From NCBI GenBank assembly GCA_028689995.1, contig JAQVCB010000005.1, positions 1,367 through 65,366 of the forward strand: a DNA stretch of 64,000 nucleotides, in the 5' to 3' direction. This document shows, in pieces, positions 9,462 to 20,646 of the stretch. Position numbers and translations under genes: made by a program. The notes beneath the pieces were generated by a model. That model worked only from the letters and a program-made list of their open reading frames with translations. It was not told where the DNA came from and made no database searches. Source of the stretch: Candidatus Gastranaerophilales bacterium. GTDB lineage: Bacteria; Cyanobacteriota; Vampirovibrionia; Gastranaerophilales; UBA9579. Each line of letters begins with the position of its first letter. The stretch's first letter is position 1.

Positions 9462-10538
9462 TTAAGCTTCAATCATCTCCAGCAACTTTTGTAGTTTATC
9501 GGGACTTATCTTTTTCTTTTTGCCTGAAAAATCAAGTCCAGAGATAACATCTTTAACCTGATAAGCTGGGAGTTTGCCGTAGTTAGAAAAAGTTGTTCCC
9601 ATGTTTTGATGTCCGAAATTTTGACTTACTGCCTGAAATTCCTCAATTGACCTACAAGCCTTTTTAGTCAAATGATTGGCTAAATGCCTGAAGGTATGGG
9701 GTGAATAGTATTCCAAGCCAGTCTGTTCAAAGCGTTCTTTGAAAATTTCTGTTATCGGGGTTGTAGTTTTCCAAAAATCAGGCTCGAAAGTTTTACAGAT
9801 AAAAGATTTTGAATTTTCGGCTTGTTCAACTTTATTGCGGGGAAATAGCGGAGCATCGAGCGAATACAATTTTTCTTTTACTAAATAATTGTACCAATTA
9901 ATAACATAATCAAGCATCCTGTCATCAAAAGGGAAAATATAAGTTTGATGAGTTTTACCAAATTTTGATTTAACCCCTGCTTTAACATCGTGATAAACCT
10001 CCAAACTATTCACATCAAAACACTTTATAGGGAGCGTGATTATTGCGTTGTCCCTCATTCCTGATAAGAGAGTAAAGCTTATTAATGCCCTATCCCTTAA
10101 ATCAAGTTCAGAATTTACAGGAATGGAATGGACAACTTTTTGAACGATTTCTAAAGTCGGGTATCTCTCACGTTGCGGAGCTAAAGCCATTTCAGTTTGC
10201 TCTCTTGAAAGCCTTAAACATTCGATATGCTCTTTGTTTATTGGCTTTTTATAACCCTGTTGATTTGATAACCAGATAAAGAAGACTTTTAAATATCTTA
10301 GGTAATCATAAACCGTACTCAATGCCCGCTTGTTTTCTGAATTTATAAGCGATTCCCTAAATTCAATTGCCGAATCATCATTAAACTTTGAAAAACATTC
10401 AAATTTTGTAAACTCTTCATAAGCATAAATTGCTTTAAAATACAGATTTATTGATTTTTCAGAATAACCTTTTGAATATTTGCAGTATTTTTCAAATAAT
10501 CTTTTCATTTTTTCGTTTTTAGCGTTTACTTTTAACAT
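9462..10538 (-). CDS. tyrosine recombinase / site-specific integrase
   Basis: Catalytic pattern LSGMRDNA (Arg), HTFRH (HxxR), FGHQNMGTTFSNYG (His..Tyr). Confidence 0.8.
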   Translation of the reverse strand: MLKVNAKNEKMKRLFEKYCKYSKGYSEKSINLYFKAIYAYEEFTKFECFSKFNDDSAIEFRESLINSENKRALSTVYDYLRYLKVFFIWLSNQQGYKKPINKEHIECLRLSREQTEMALAPQRERYPTLEIVQKVVHSIPVNSELDLRDRALISFTLLSGMRDNAIITLPIKCFDVNSLEVYHDVKAGVKSKFGKTHQTYIFPFDDRMLDYVINWYNYLVKEKLYSLDAPLFPRNKVEQAENSKSFICKTFEPDFWKTTTPITEIFKERFEQTGLEYYSPHTFRHLANHLTKKACRSIEEFQAVSQNFGHQNMGTTFSNYGKLPAYQVKDVISGLDFSGKKKKISPDKLQKLLEMIEA

Positions 10539-10692
10539 TTTTATACCGTCTTTCTGTAATTTTTACTTATACATATACAAGAGAGCGTTTTAAAACTTGT
10601 TTAATGCTCTTTGTAGTGGCTTAAATTTCAGGTCTTTATCTTTTGAAATTTAGTGTTAGAATGAATTTAGAAATTAATTTTCGAGGGCTAAT

Positions 10693-11646
10693 TTAGCTCT
10701 CTTTTTGTTTGTTCTTGTTGTAATTGTTGGCTATCCAGTACATTTGCTCATGTTTCTTGCCTGTCATATCGTATGCAGGCGGTAATTGAAGCCATTCATT
10801 ATCAACAAGAACTTTTCTGTTTGCATAATCAATTTTTTCATCTTCAATTAAGTCATTCTTAATAACCTCCGTATTATCTTTGCTTAACTGTTTTTCAAGC
10901 TCTTTAATTTTGGCTTTTAATTCTTGATTTTCTTTTTTGATTAAATCAAGCTCATATTCAGCTTCATCAAGAGCGAGTTTGACTTTTTCATAAATTTCAA
11001 CTGAAATATGAATTTCAGTTTCTTTTGTAGGTTGCCCGCTTATAACCTTTTCAACAAACTTTTTTTGTTGTTCTGCTGGCTGTTTAGCAATTTCTAAAAG
11101 AACCGTTTTTTTATTTTCAATTTCAGTCCCTTTAATTTCTTGCTTTACCTCTTCAGAAATATTATTTGCAATTTGAATATCCTGCTGGACAGAGCGGGGA
11201 CTTTTACCGATTTTTTTAGCAGTATCTTCAACAAAAGTTTTTGTTTTATTCAGTTGCGAAATTTTTTCGTTACTGACATTCAAACCTTTTTTTCGTTGTT
11301 CTTCTGCCTTACTTTCTGGGTGTAAAAGCTCATAAATCTCTTTGCGTCTTTTGAGTTGTTCGGCATTTTCTAAAGCTGTTAAAGATGTTCTAATTAGGTT
11401 TTCATCAATTTCAGCTAGTTCAGCCGTTAAATTATCGGCATCAATTATTGTTGCGGGAATATCTTTCCAATCAAGCTGCTTGCATGCCTGCAACCTGTGA
11501 AATCCTGCTATTAATACCAAATCTTTATTTAATGTAATTGGATTTAATAAGCCTATCTTTTTAATACTTTCAGCAAGTTCTTTAATGTCTTTACTAGACC
11601 GTTTTCGCTTATTAATAGTAATTTTATCAATTTCAATATTTTGCAT
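10693..11646 (-). CDS. ParB/Srx N-terminal-domain protein with coiled-coil tail
   Basis: LLNPITLNKDLVLIAGFHRLQACKQL resembles the ParB-like nuclease/CTPase fold motif. The C-terminal half is K/E-rich. Confidence 0.7.
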   Translation of the reverse strand: MQNIEIDKITINKRKRSSKDIKELAESIKKIGLLNPITLNKDLVLIAGFHRLQACKQLDWKDIPATIIDADNLTAELAEIDENLIRTSLTALENAEQLKRRKEIYELLHPESKAEEQRKKGLNVSNEKISQLNKTKTFVEDTAKKIGKSPRSVQQDIQIANNISEEVKQEIKGTEIENKKTVLLEIAKQPAEQQKKFVEKVISGQPTKETEIHISVEIYEKVKLALDEAEYELDLIKKENQELKAKIKELEKQLSKDNTEVIKNDLIEDEKIDYANRKVLVDNEWLQLPPAYDMTGKKHEQMYWIANNYNKNKQKES

Positions 11647-11649
11647 CTT

Positions 11650-12087
11650 TTAAGCCCCTATAATCTCAGTAATAACAAAGGTTTGCTTTACTTCATCAAG
11701 TTTATTTTCATTAGAAAAACGATTTGTTTTAGTCCCGCAAATCTCACAAATCCCCTGAATAGTAAAATCCTTAATCCCTTTGCCGATTGTTTTACCAGAA
11801 TAAACAAGCTTTACTTGATTATTTTGAGCATTTCTTGCGGTTTTGCATTTAGTGCAATAAAATTGACCCGCTTCTAATTTAACTTTTTGCTTTAACTGCC
11901 TCTTGGATAAAAATTCTTTTAACTCTCTTCCCTTTACAAGATAAGGATAAAGACCTTCTATCTTTGGCAATCCTTCTTTAATCCAAGCTCTTACAGTCCT
12001 TATGTGATTTCCATATAAGTTAGATATTTCTTGAATTGTGTAAGAATAATTAAGTCTTATTATCCTTGTATTGTATTTTCTAGCCAT
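11650..12087 (-). CDS. HTH + zinc-ribbon protein, function unknown
   Basis: IQEISNLYGNHIRTVRAWIKEG (HTH-like) plus CTKCK...CEICG. Only a 3-nt gap to the ParB-like gene. Confidence 0.45.
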   Translation of the reverse strand: MARKYNTRIIRLNYSYTIQEISNLYGNHIRTVRAWIKEGLPKIEGLYPYLVKGRELKEFLSKRQLKQKVKLEAGQFYCTKCKTARNAQNNQVKLVYSGKTIGKGIKDFTIQGICEICGTKTNRFSNENKLDEVKQTFVITEIIGA

Positions 12088-12299
12088 TTTTAAACTCCTT
12101 CAAAGTTTTTAATAATAATTCCAGTTGATTTTCTGTCCCTTCATTGTCAGGATAAAATTTTTGCTTCATTTTAAATTCTCCTCTTTGTAATGTGAAACTA
12201 AAATGCTAATCAATGCCCTGTATCCTTCCCAAAATTCTTCAGATGGCAGGCATGGCGTTTCTGAATAGGTCTTAATAAATTTAGCCTGCTTTTTCATTT

Positions 12300-12470
12300 T
12301 TAAACTAAATCCTCCAATAATTTAAATACTTCGCTTTTGCGAATTAGGTACCTTTTACCGATTTTTGTAGCTTTCAATAATCCTCTTTTAATGTATTCCC
12401 TAACTGTATAGGGTGTTACATATAAGATTTTCGAGGCTTCTTCTGTCGAGATAATTTCATTCAATTGCAT
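12300..12470 (-). CDS. excisionase-type HTH DNA-binding protein (56 aa)
   Basis: Not in the supplied track (<60 aa). MQLNEIISTEEASKILYVTPYTVREYIKRGLLKATKIGKRYLIRKSEV fits the excisionase/MerR-like HTH_17 pattern. It heads a minus-strand operon. Confidence 0.6.
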   Translation of the reverse strand: MQLNEIISTEEASKILYVTPYTVREYIKRGLLKATKIGKRYLIRKSEVFKLLEDLV

Positions 12471-12531
12471 AAGTTTTCATCCTTATTAATCTAATATACG
12501 ATTTTCATATATTGTTATATCATTTTTTGTA

Positions 12532-12560
12532 TTGACATGCAAGTGATAATCATATATGAT
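12532..12560 (+). promoter_or_regulatory. sigma70-like promoter with overlapping palindromic operator
   Basis: TTGACA (12532-12537), 17 nt, TATGAT (12555-12560). A perfect 12-nt palindrome ATCATATATGAT (12549-12560) overlaps the -10. GGAGA at 12586-12590 favours the ATG at 12598 as the real start. Confidence 0.45.
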
Positions 12561-12591
12561 TATATGAAAATATGATAAGTTATATGGAGAC

Positions 12592-12975
12592 ATGAAAATG
12601 TTTAATCTTGGAGAAAAACTGAAACAAGCTAGAGAAGAAGCAGGACTTGAACAAAAAACAGTTGCTTCAGCTCTTAACCTTGACCAAGGCAAAATAAGCC
12701 TTATAGAAAAAAATGCAAGAAAAGTTGATGCAGAAAAAGAACTTCCTAAATTTGCAAAACTATTTAATAAACCAATAAGCTGGTTTTATGAGGACTTACA
12801 AGAAGTTCCTAAAGAACAATCATCTGTCGATAGTTTTTTAAATACTTACTTTAATGAATATAAATTTAATGATATTCAAAAGAAAAAAATTGAAAAAATC
12901 CTTCAAAAATCATTAAACATTTACCTTGAAGATATTTTAGATGATGAAGATGAAAGGGAGGCTAAACATGGATAA
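12592..12975 (+). CDS. XRE-family HTH regulator
   Basis: LGEKLKQAREEAGLEQKTVASALNLDQGKISLIEKN is an HTH_3 pattern. Divergent from the excisionase-type gene. Confidence 0.7.
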   Translation: MKMFNLGEKLKQAREEAGLEQKTVASALNLDQGKISLIEKNARKVDAEKELPKFAKLFNKPISWFYEDLQEVPKEQSSVDSFLNTYFNEYKFNDIQKKKIEKILQKSLNIYLEDILDDEDEREAKHG

Positions 12976-13603
12976 AAAACCTGAACAACCCAAGTTATTT
13001 GAATTAAAGCAAGAAAATAAGATTTTAACAGAAGAAGAAATTAAAAATTCAGCCGATAAAAAAACAGGTCAATTGAAATTTATATCTCCAGAATTAGAAC
13101 TTAAAGCAATGATTAGAGAAGAAATGGAACCTGTTATAGAGGCAAATAAATTACTTTCTGAAAAAAGTGATCGATTGTTAGGTGCTTTTGAAAAAGCAAT
13201 TCCACATTTTCAAAATAAAATGATGGGCAATGAAGATGAAGCCTATTTAGCTTATGCAGATAATCCCGAACAAGCAGATGTTGTAAGAGTAAGTTCTGAT
13301 AAAATTCCAGCTGATGCAGTTTATACAATGATTTCTGCTGAATTAGCTTCGGCTTTTGGTTGTAAATCTTGTTATGTTTCTTACTTATTAAAAGATTTGA
13401 ATTTATGGAATGACAATAAATATACAAAAGATGAAAAAATATCTGTAAATAACAAAATTAAAAAATTTAGACCTGCTATTTTAAATGAAGTTTATAAACA
13501 ACTGCCTGATTTATTAAATTCCAATAAATTTCATTTATTTACTGAAAATAGAAAAAATATTTATATAAAAATTTATGAAACTATGAAATTTTACAGAAGC
13601 TAA
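12941..13603 (+). CDS. hypothetical protein
   Basis: 220-aa ORF. The likely true start is MDKKPEQ at 12968. No motif recognised. Confidence 0.4.
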   Translation: MMKMKGRLNMDKKPEQPKLFELKQENKILTEEEIKNSADKKTGQLKFISPELELKAMIREEMEPVIEANKLLSEKSDRLLGAFEKAIPHFQNKMMGNEDEAYLAYADNPEQADVVRVSSDKIPADAVYTMISAELASAFGCKSCYVSYLLKDLNLWNDNKYTKDEKISVNNKIKKFRPAILNEVYKQLPDLLNSNKFHLFTENRKNIYIKIYETMKFYRS

Positions 13604-13620
13604 CTATAAAGGGTTAAACT

Positions 13621-15379
<1,759 letters not shown>

Positions 15380-15535
15380 TCGAAAAATAGCCATCTTTAC
15401 CTATTTTGATTGAGTTTGATGACTATCGTTTTAACCCAATAATTATAAAGTCTTACCGCCAAATTTATGAAATCAATTTTTTATCTATTTTGATGTATTT
15501 TGAAACAAAAGTGAAACAATTTTGAAACAATTTGA

Positions 15536-15859
15536 TTACTGCAAAGCCCGATAGATTCTGTATAAAAGTTCAACATCTACAGTATCATCATTCAGGGCAT
15601 TTATCAATTCATTTTTTAAAGCTTCTTTTTCTTTGTGATGTCCATAATCAAATAATTCCTGAGCTTCAACATCAAGAGCAATTAGCATCTTTGAGAGAGT
15701 TTCAGACGTTACGAAATTAGTACCACATTCAATTTTACTTAAATTCCGTTCACCAATACCAACCATTTCAGCTAACCTTTCTTGGGTTAGCCCTTTTTTT
15801 ATACGTAATTCCTTAATTCTTTTGCCAAGCAGAATTTTAATGTCGTTGTTTTTTGTCAT
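15536..15859 (-). CDS. XRE-family HTH regulator
   Basis: LGKRIKELRIKKGLTQERLAEMVGIGERNLSKIECG is an HTH_3 pattern. Confidence 0.75.
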   Translation of the reverse strand: MTKNNDIKILLGKRIKELRIKKGLTQERLAEMVGIGERNLSKIECGTNFVTSETLSKMLIALDVEAQELFDYGHHKEKEALKNELINALNDDTVDVELLYRIYRALQ

Positions 15860-16081
15860 ATCCTTTACCCCGAATTTTAATTCTAAAGAGGATATGAGTC
15901 GATTAAAAGATATTTAAACACTCTTAATTAACTTGCTAAAGAGTCTTAAAAGTCATACAATAGAGCTTGTAAATTCGGGTACAGCAGAAATGACAGACTT
16001 TTAGAGGTGACTTTTAACAAGTACCCAAAAATGTCATGTCCAAATATTATTCTGAAAACGGTATGACTTTAGGAGAGTGGT

Positions 16082-16855
16082 ATGAGTTATAGCAAGGAAG
16101 ATATAAAAGATAGAGTGGAAAAAGCTTTAATTAATGTTGATTCATTATACAAATACCAAGAAGGTAAAAATGGTGTTTTAGTGAATTATCTTGGTTTTAT
16201 TGAGGATATTGCAGAAATCCTTTTAGAAAAAGGAAATTTAAAAGAATTAACTAAAATCAAAGAAAAAGATGATAAGTTAATCTACAATATCCCTAGAGAT
16301 GGCTCTTTGGACAAAAATGCATCAAAAAGAATAACTGAAAAACGTATTGCAATATGCTTATACAATCAATATAAAGATGATAAGTTAATTGGTAGTCCTG
16401 TTCACTATGAAACTCCATTGAGAACGGAAGGTCAAGGAGCAATTGATCTTGTTTATATAACAAATGAATACATAAATTTAATTGAATTAAAAACCTGTAA
16501 AAGCAAGGAAAGCTTATTAAGGTCTGTTTTAGAAATCTTCACCTATTATAAAAAACTCGATAAGAGACAATTCTTAAATGAATTTAAAAATTGCAATGAT
16601 AAAGAATTTCAATTGGTTATTTTACTTGAGAACACAACTAAAGCATATGAACATGCACAGAATATTAAAGAGTATAAAAATCTTAGTAGATTAATTCAAG
16701 AAATCTCAAATGCAATAGGTTTAAATATTAAAATATGCTCGTTAAAACTAGGTCCAGCAGCAGAAAGAAAAATTAATAAGGACAAACAAAACAAAATAAC
16801 ATTGGGATGTAATATTTCGATTGATGAAATAACAAAATTTGAATCAATAAAATAA
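16082..16855 (+). CDS. PD-(D/E)XK-fold nuclease-like protein, family not recognised
   Basis: HYETPL...GAIDLVYITNEYINLIELKTCK...SVLEIFTYY fits an E..D..ExK restriction-endonuclease-fold signature. Confidence 0.45.
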   Translation: MSYSKEDIKDRVEKALINVDSLYKYQEGKNGVLVNYLGFIEDIAEILLEKGNLKELTKIKEKDDKLIYNIPRDGSLDKNASKRITEKRIAICLYNQYKDDKLIGSPVHYETPLRTEGQGAIDLVYITNEYINLIELKTCKSKESLLRSVLEIFTYYKKLDKRQFLNEFKNCNDKEFQLVILLENTTKAYEHAQNIKEYKNLSRLIQEISNAIGLNIKICSLKLGPAAERKINKDKQNKITLGCNISIDEITKFESIK

Positions 16856-16909
16856 CTATACCCAAATTTGTCGTGTTGATATTGCATAATTGTTGTTAAG
16901 GAGGTCAAA

Positions 16910-18187
16910 ATGGTTGACACGGTTGACAAACAAAAAGCAAAAAAACGACAAAATCAGAAATTAATCATTCATAGAGGAACAAACGAAATAGGCGGTTCCT
17001 GTATAGAACTTAAATCAGAAGAAGTAAGGGTTTTATTTGATTTAGGCTTACCTTTGAATTCTATGGAGGAAGATAAACCTAAAGAAGACTATAAACTCAA
17101 TATACAAGGACTTTATAACGAAGAAAAACCTGATATAAATGCCATTTTTATTACTCATGCCCATCTTGATCACTTTGGACTTTTAGAGTTTGTCCATCCT
17201 GAAATTCCTGTTTATTTAAGTCAAATAGCTTATGATATTCTCATAAAAATATTTCCTTTATTGAATAATGGTAATTTCTCACATTTGAATCTTAATATAA
17301 TTAAGCCAAATGAGCCTATAAAGATAGGTAACTTTGAGGTGATTGCTCACAATGTGGATCACAGTATTGTTGATTCTATGGCTTTTGAAATTAAAACGGG
17401 TGATAAGAAGATTTTATACACGGGTGATTTAAGATTTCACGGGCGAAAAGGATATTTGAGTGAAAACTTGTCGAGAATAAAAGACGTTGACTATTTACTT
17501 ATGGAAGGCTCAACTTTTGGAAGAGAAAACCAGAGTCAAATGACAGAAGATGAGTTAATGCTTGAGTTAGCTGAACTTTTGAAAAACAATAAGTTATCAA
17601 TAGTAACTTTTTCAGCACAAAATCTGGACAGATTTATAACAGTTTATAAAGCCTGCTTAAAAGCTAAAAAGACTCTTGTTGTTGACCCTTACACCTGTTA
17701 TACACTTGAAATATTTCAGAAGATTGGTAAAAACATACCCCAATTTGACTGGAATAATATTGCTGTTTATTGTGTAAAAAACAGCATAACTGATAAATTA
17801 GCTGATACAAAAGAATTGTATAAATACGGAAGCAATAAAGTTTCTATTGAAGAAATTATAAATACTCCTGAAAAGTACGTTATTAAAGATAACTTTGGGA
17901 TTACAACTACTCTTTTAGAAAAGGTTAAAAAAGAGGATTTGCAACTCATTTATTCACTTTGGAGTGGCTATCTGGAAAAACCTTCTCATATTGACCCTCT
18001 GAAAGATCAATTAGTACAATTACATACATCAGGACACGCAAATATTGATGATTTAAAGGGATTTGTTAATAAAATTGAACCTAAAAGACTTATTCCCATT
18101 CATACTGAATGCTCTTGTATGTATAAGAAATTGTTTAATGTGGAAGTTATACAACTAAAAGACGGTGAAGAGCTACCAATTGAATAA
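16910..18187 (+). CDS. metallo-beta-lactamase-fold beta-CASP nuclease
   Basis: HAHLDH motif, later VDHS, TGDL, MEGS, and C-terminal HTSGHA...LIPIHTE typical of beta-CASP (RNase J/CPSF/SNM1-type) enzymes. Confidence 0.8.
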   Translation: MVDTVDKQKAKKRQNQKLIIHRGTNEIGGSCIELKSEEVRVLFDLGLPLNSMEEDKPKEDYKLNIQGLYNEEKPDINAIFITHAHLDHFGLLEFVHPEIPVYLSQIAYDILIKIFPLLNNGNFSHLNLNIIKPNEPIKIGNFEVIAHNVDHSIVDSMAFEIKTGDKKILYTGDLRFHGRKGYLSENLSRIKDVDYLLMEGSTFGRENQSQMTEDELMLELAELLKNNKLSIVTFSAQNLDRFITVYKACLKAKKTLVVDPYTCYTLEIFQKIGKNIPQFDWNNIAVYCVKNSITDKLADTKELYKYGSNKVSIEEIINTPEKYVIKDNFGITTTLLEKVKKEDLQLIYSLWSGYLEKPSHIDPLKDQLVQLHTSGHANIDDLKGFVNKIEPKRLIPIHTECSCMYKKLFNVEVIQLKDGEELPIE

Positions 18188-18222
18188 TTCTGCTCTTAAT
18201 CTCGATTAATAATAACTAAGTT

Positions 18223-18600
18223 GTGAAAATTTTAACTTTAATAGCAATTTTAATTTTCATATGTTTTATAATAATCAGTAGAGAAGTTAAGAAGAGAGAA
18301 TTAAATATTATGAGCTTGAGAATTAATAATTCTTACAATCCTTATAGTAATTCCAGAGTCAGTTTCGGACATAATCAAGGTGTACTTGATGCTGTTGAAG
18401 CATTAAAAAAGAGAGTTACTGGTGAAAAACTCGATGACTTACAAGCACACTTACAGGATATCGAATTTACTCCAGATTTTGTAAAAACTATAAGTGGATA
18501 TTCAGATCATTGGAAAAAAGTATTAGTAAAATATTCTAGTACAAAACTTTGTCCAAAAGAAATACAGGATGGTTTGAAAAGAATTTTTGGAATGGAATGA
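18223..18600 (+). CDS. hypothetical protein
   Basis: The N-terminal hydrophobic helix may be an artefact of the GTG start. An alternative start is MSLRINN. No motif recognised. Confidence 0.3.
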   Translation: MKILTLIAILIFICFIIISREVKKRELNIMSLRINNSYNPYSNSRVSFGHNQGVLDAVEALKKRVTGEKLDDLQAHLQDIEFTPDFVKTISGYSDHWKKVLVKYSSTKLCPKEIQDGLKRIFGME

Positions 18601-18601
18601 G

Positions 18602-19636
18602 TTATTTTTCATTAACTTGAGTGTCTATTTCCTTTTGGATATACTTTGATCCGTATGTTCCTGCTACAGAACCGATTCCCATCCCAAGCAAAGAATAAGC
18701 AGGCCCCTTTCTTGCAAACAATGCTCCAATTATTCCTATACATGCAAGTATAGATGAGACATTTACGGATGATTTTAAGCCTTGTACAGTTCCTTCTTTA
18801 ACTTTATTTTTCAAACCATCCGCTTTTGTGATTTTCTTTATTATACTTGGCAGTTCTAATAGACTAAGTGCTAAAACACTTATGATAGGAGTTCTTAAAA
18901 GAGCTCTTCCTATTATTTTTGCAAAAGGTTTACCTTGAAGTTTACGTGCAAATACTTGCGTATCTTTAACAATGGGTTTTCCTGATTTATCAAGTATTAC
19001 TTTGGGTACAAATCTTTCTGTAGCTTCAGAATTAAGTTCATCGATTTCATATTTAAATATTTTAGATAAATATTCACCAAATTTTGTATTATTTAAAGAC
19101 TTGTCAAATGAATATAATTTTACTCCTAATTTACCCATTCTATTGACTATTGGCTGGAGAACTGTTCCTCTAAAGAAGGAAAATTCTGTCTGACAGTTTT
19201 TATAATCGTACTCGGGTAGCTTTCCTTTAAATACTTGTTTTGCTGCATCTTTTAAATCATTAGTATCTTCAGGAAGATTAACTATTGCAAGACCAATAAG
19301 TCCTGCTGCTCGTGTATAGTTCTCATCATCAATATTGTCAGGAAGCGAAGAGATTCTTCTTACTGGAACTATCGGGCTAAGAATAGCCATTATTGCCTTT
19401 GTAAATGCAGTATTCTTTTTATTTTTTTGAGTTTGTTCGACATGTGGGGTATTTAAGAAAGGTGCAAATATATCTTTTGTTCTATTTATATCTTGATTTA
19501 ATTTAATATCAATTGATGGCCTTTGTAGCTGTCTCCTTTCGCCAGAACGACGCTCTGAATTGACAGGAACATTATTTTGTCGCCTGTCTGATTGTTGATT
19601 ATATTGCGGGTAAAGTTTAAAGATATTATCTACCAA
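18602..19636 (-). CDS. hypothetical membrane protein
   Basis: 344 aa with an R/Q-rich N-terminus and C-terminal hydrophobic segments (ISVLALSLLELP; ILACIGIIGALFA; LLGMGIGSVAG). Confidence 0.4.
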   Translation of the reverse strand: MVDNIFKLYPQYNQQSDRRQNNVPVNSERRSGERRQLQRPSIDIKLNQDINRTKDIFAPFLNTPHVEQTQKNKKNTAFTKAIMAILSPIVPVRRISSLPDNIDDENYTRAAGLIGLAIVNLPEDTNDLKDAAKQVFKGKLPEYDYKNCQTEFSFFRGTVLQPIVNRMGKLGVKLYSFDKSLNNTKFGEYLSKIFKYEIDELNSEATERFVPKVILDKSGKPIVKDTQVFARKLQGKPFAKIIGRALLRTPIISVLALSLLELPSIIKKITKADGLKNKVKEGTVQGLKSSVNVSSILACIGIIGALFARKGPAYSLLGMGIGSVAGTYGSKYIQKEIDTQVNEK

Positions 19637-19841
19637 TTTTTACCTTCCACGCATGTTAAATAAAATGGCATAGCCATCTTTATATATAAAAACAATAACT
19701 GGGTAAAAATTGCTAAAAATATTTGAAATTATCTAGTAAAGAGATTTTGATTTCTCTAATTCAATTAATTCATTCAATTTATCAATTTCAGTTTTTTGAT
19801 TTTTAGGTTTTAATACCATCTTTAGCCTCTATTTAAAAGAC

Positions 19842-20369
19842 TTAAATCTCCAAAATCTCTTTAACTTGAGCAAGAAGTTCTTTGTAGGGTTTACCATTAC
19901 AGTAGTTAAAAGTTTCTTGTAATTCAGCACTTAAATCCTGTTGCCAACCATTTCTTACCGGTAGTTTGGATTTCTTCTTATCAGCTTTGTCAGATTCTGG
20001 AAGCTTGTAATCAAAGCAATCTCTTTTATTCCTGAGTGTTGTAAGTTTAACGCCTAATTTATCTGCAATTTCTCTAAGTGCAGGGGTTTGACGTGGTATA
20101 TCTGAAATAGCAAAATGTTCATAACGAGCCAAGAAGTAAGCAACTTTGTTTACTTCTTTTTTATTAGTTACTAGGTTTCTACTTGCATAAATCTTCTTTT
20201 TACCAGCTTTTTGAGATAAAATATCTTCTTCCAAGCTTTCGTAGGCTTTTAAAGCTCTATTTGCTCGAACTGCCAAATCTGAAAGAGGAACAAATACATC
20301 TTCACCATTTATGTGCTTTTTCATTATCTCCTGTACGCATTCATTTAATTCTATAAGTTTTTTCTTCAT
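19842..20369 (-). CDS. hypothetical protein
   Basis: 175-aa ORF. No motif recognised. Confidence 0.4.
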   Translation of the reverse strand: MKKKLIELNECVQEIMKKHINGEDVFVPLSDLAVRANRALKAYESLEEDILSQKAGKKKIYASRNLVTNKKEVNKVAYFLARYEHFAISDIPRQTPALREIADKLGVKLTTLRNKRDCFDYKLPESDKADKKKSKLPVRNGWQQDLSAELQETFNYCNGKPYKELLAQVKEILEI

Positions 20370-20646
20370 AAAATTCTCCTTTTATTATAATTTTAATCAA
20401 TTCAATTTAATTTTTCAAGTGCACAATTTAAGAATTGTAAAAGTTTTAAGTTGTTTTAAGCCCGTAGATCAATATTGTTTACATTCATGTTTGAGCATTG
20501 TTTTAATATGTTAAGGTTAAAAAGCCTTTATTTCCTTTATAATAAGGATTTATTGCGCGCTAAATACAATTAGCGTGAGATTTTCACTTAAAAGGTTTAG
20601 CTTTAACAAGCTGATTCTATGTTGATGTTGTAAAAAGGAGGATTAT

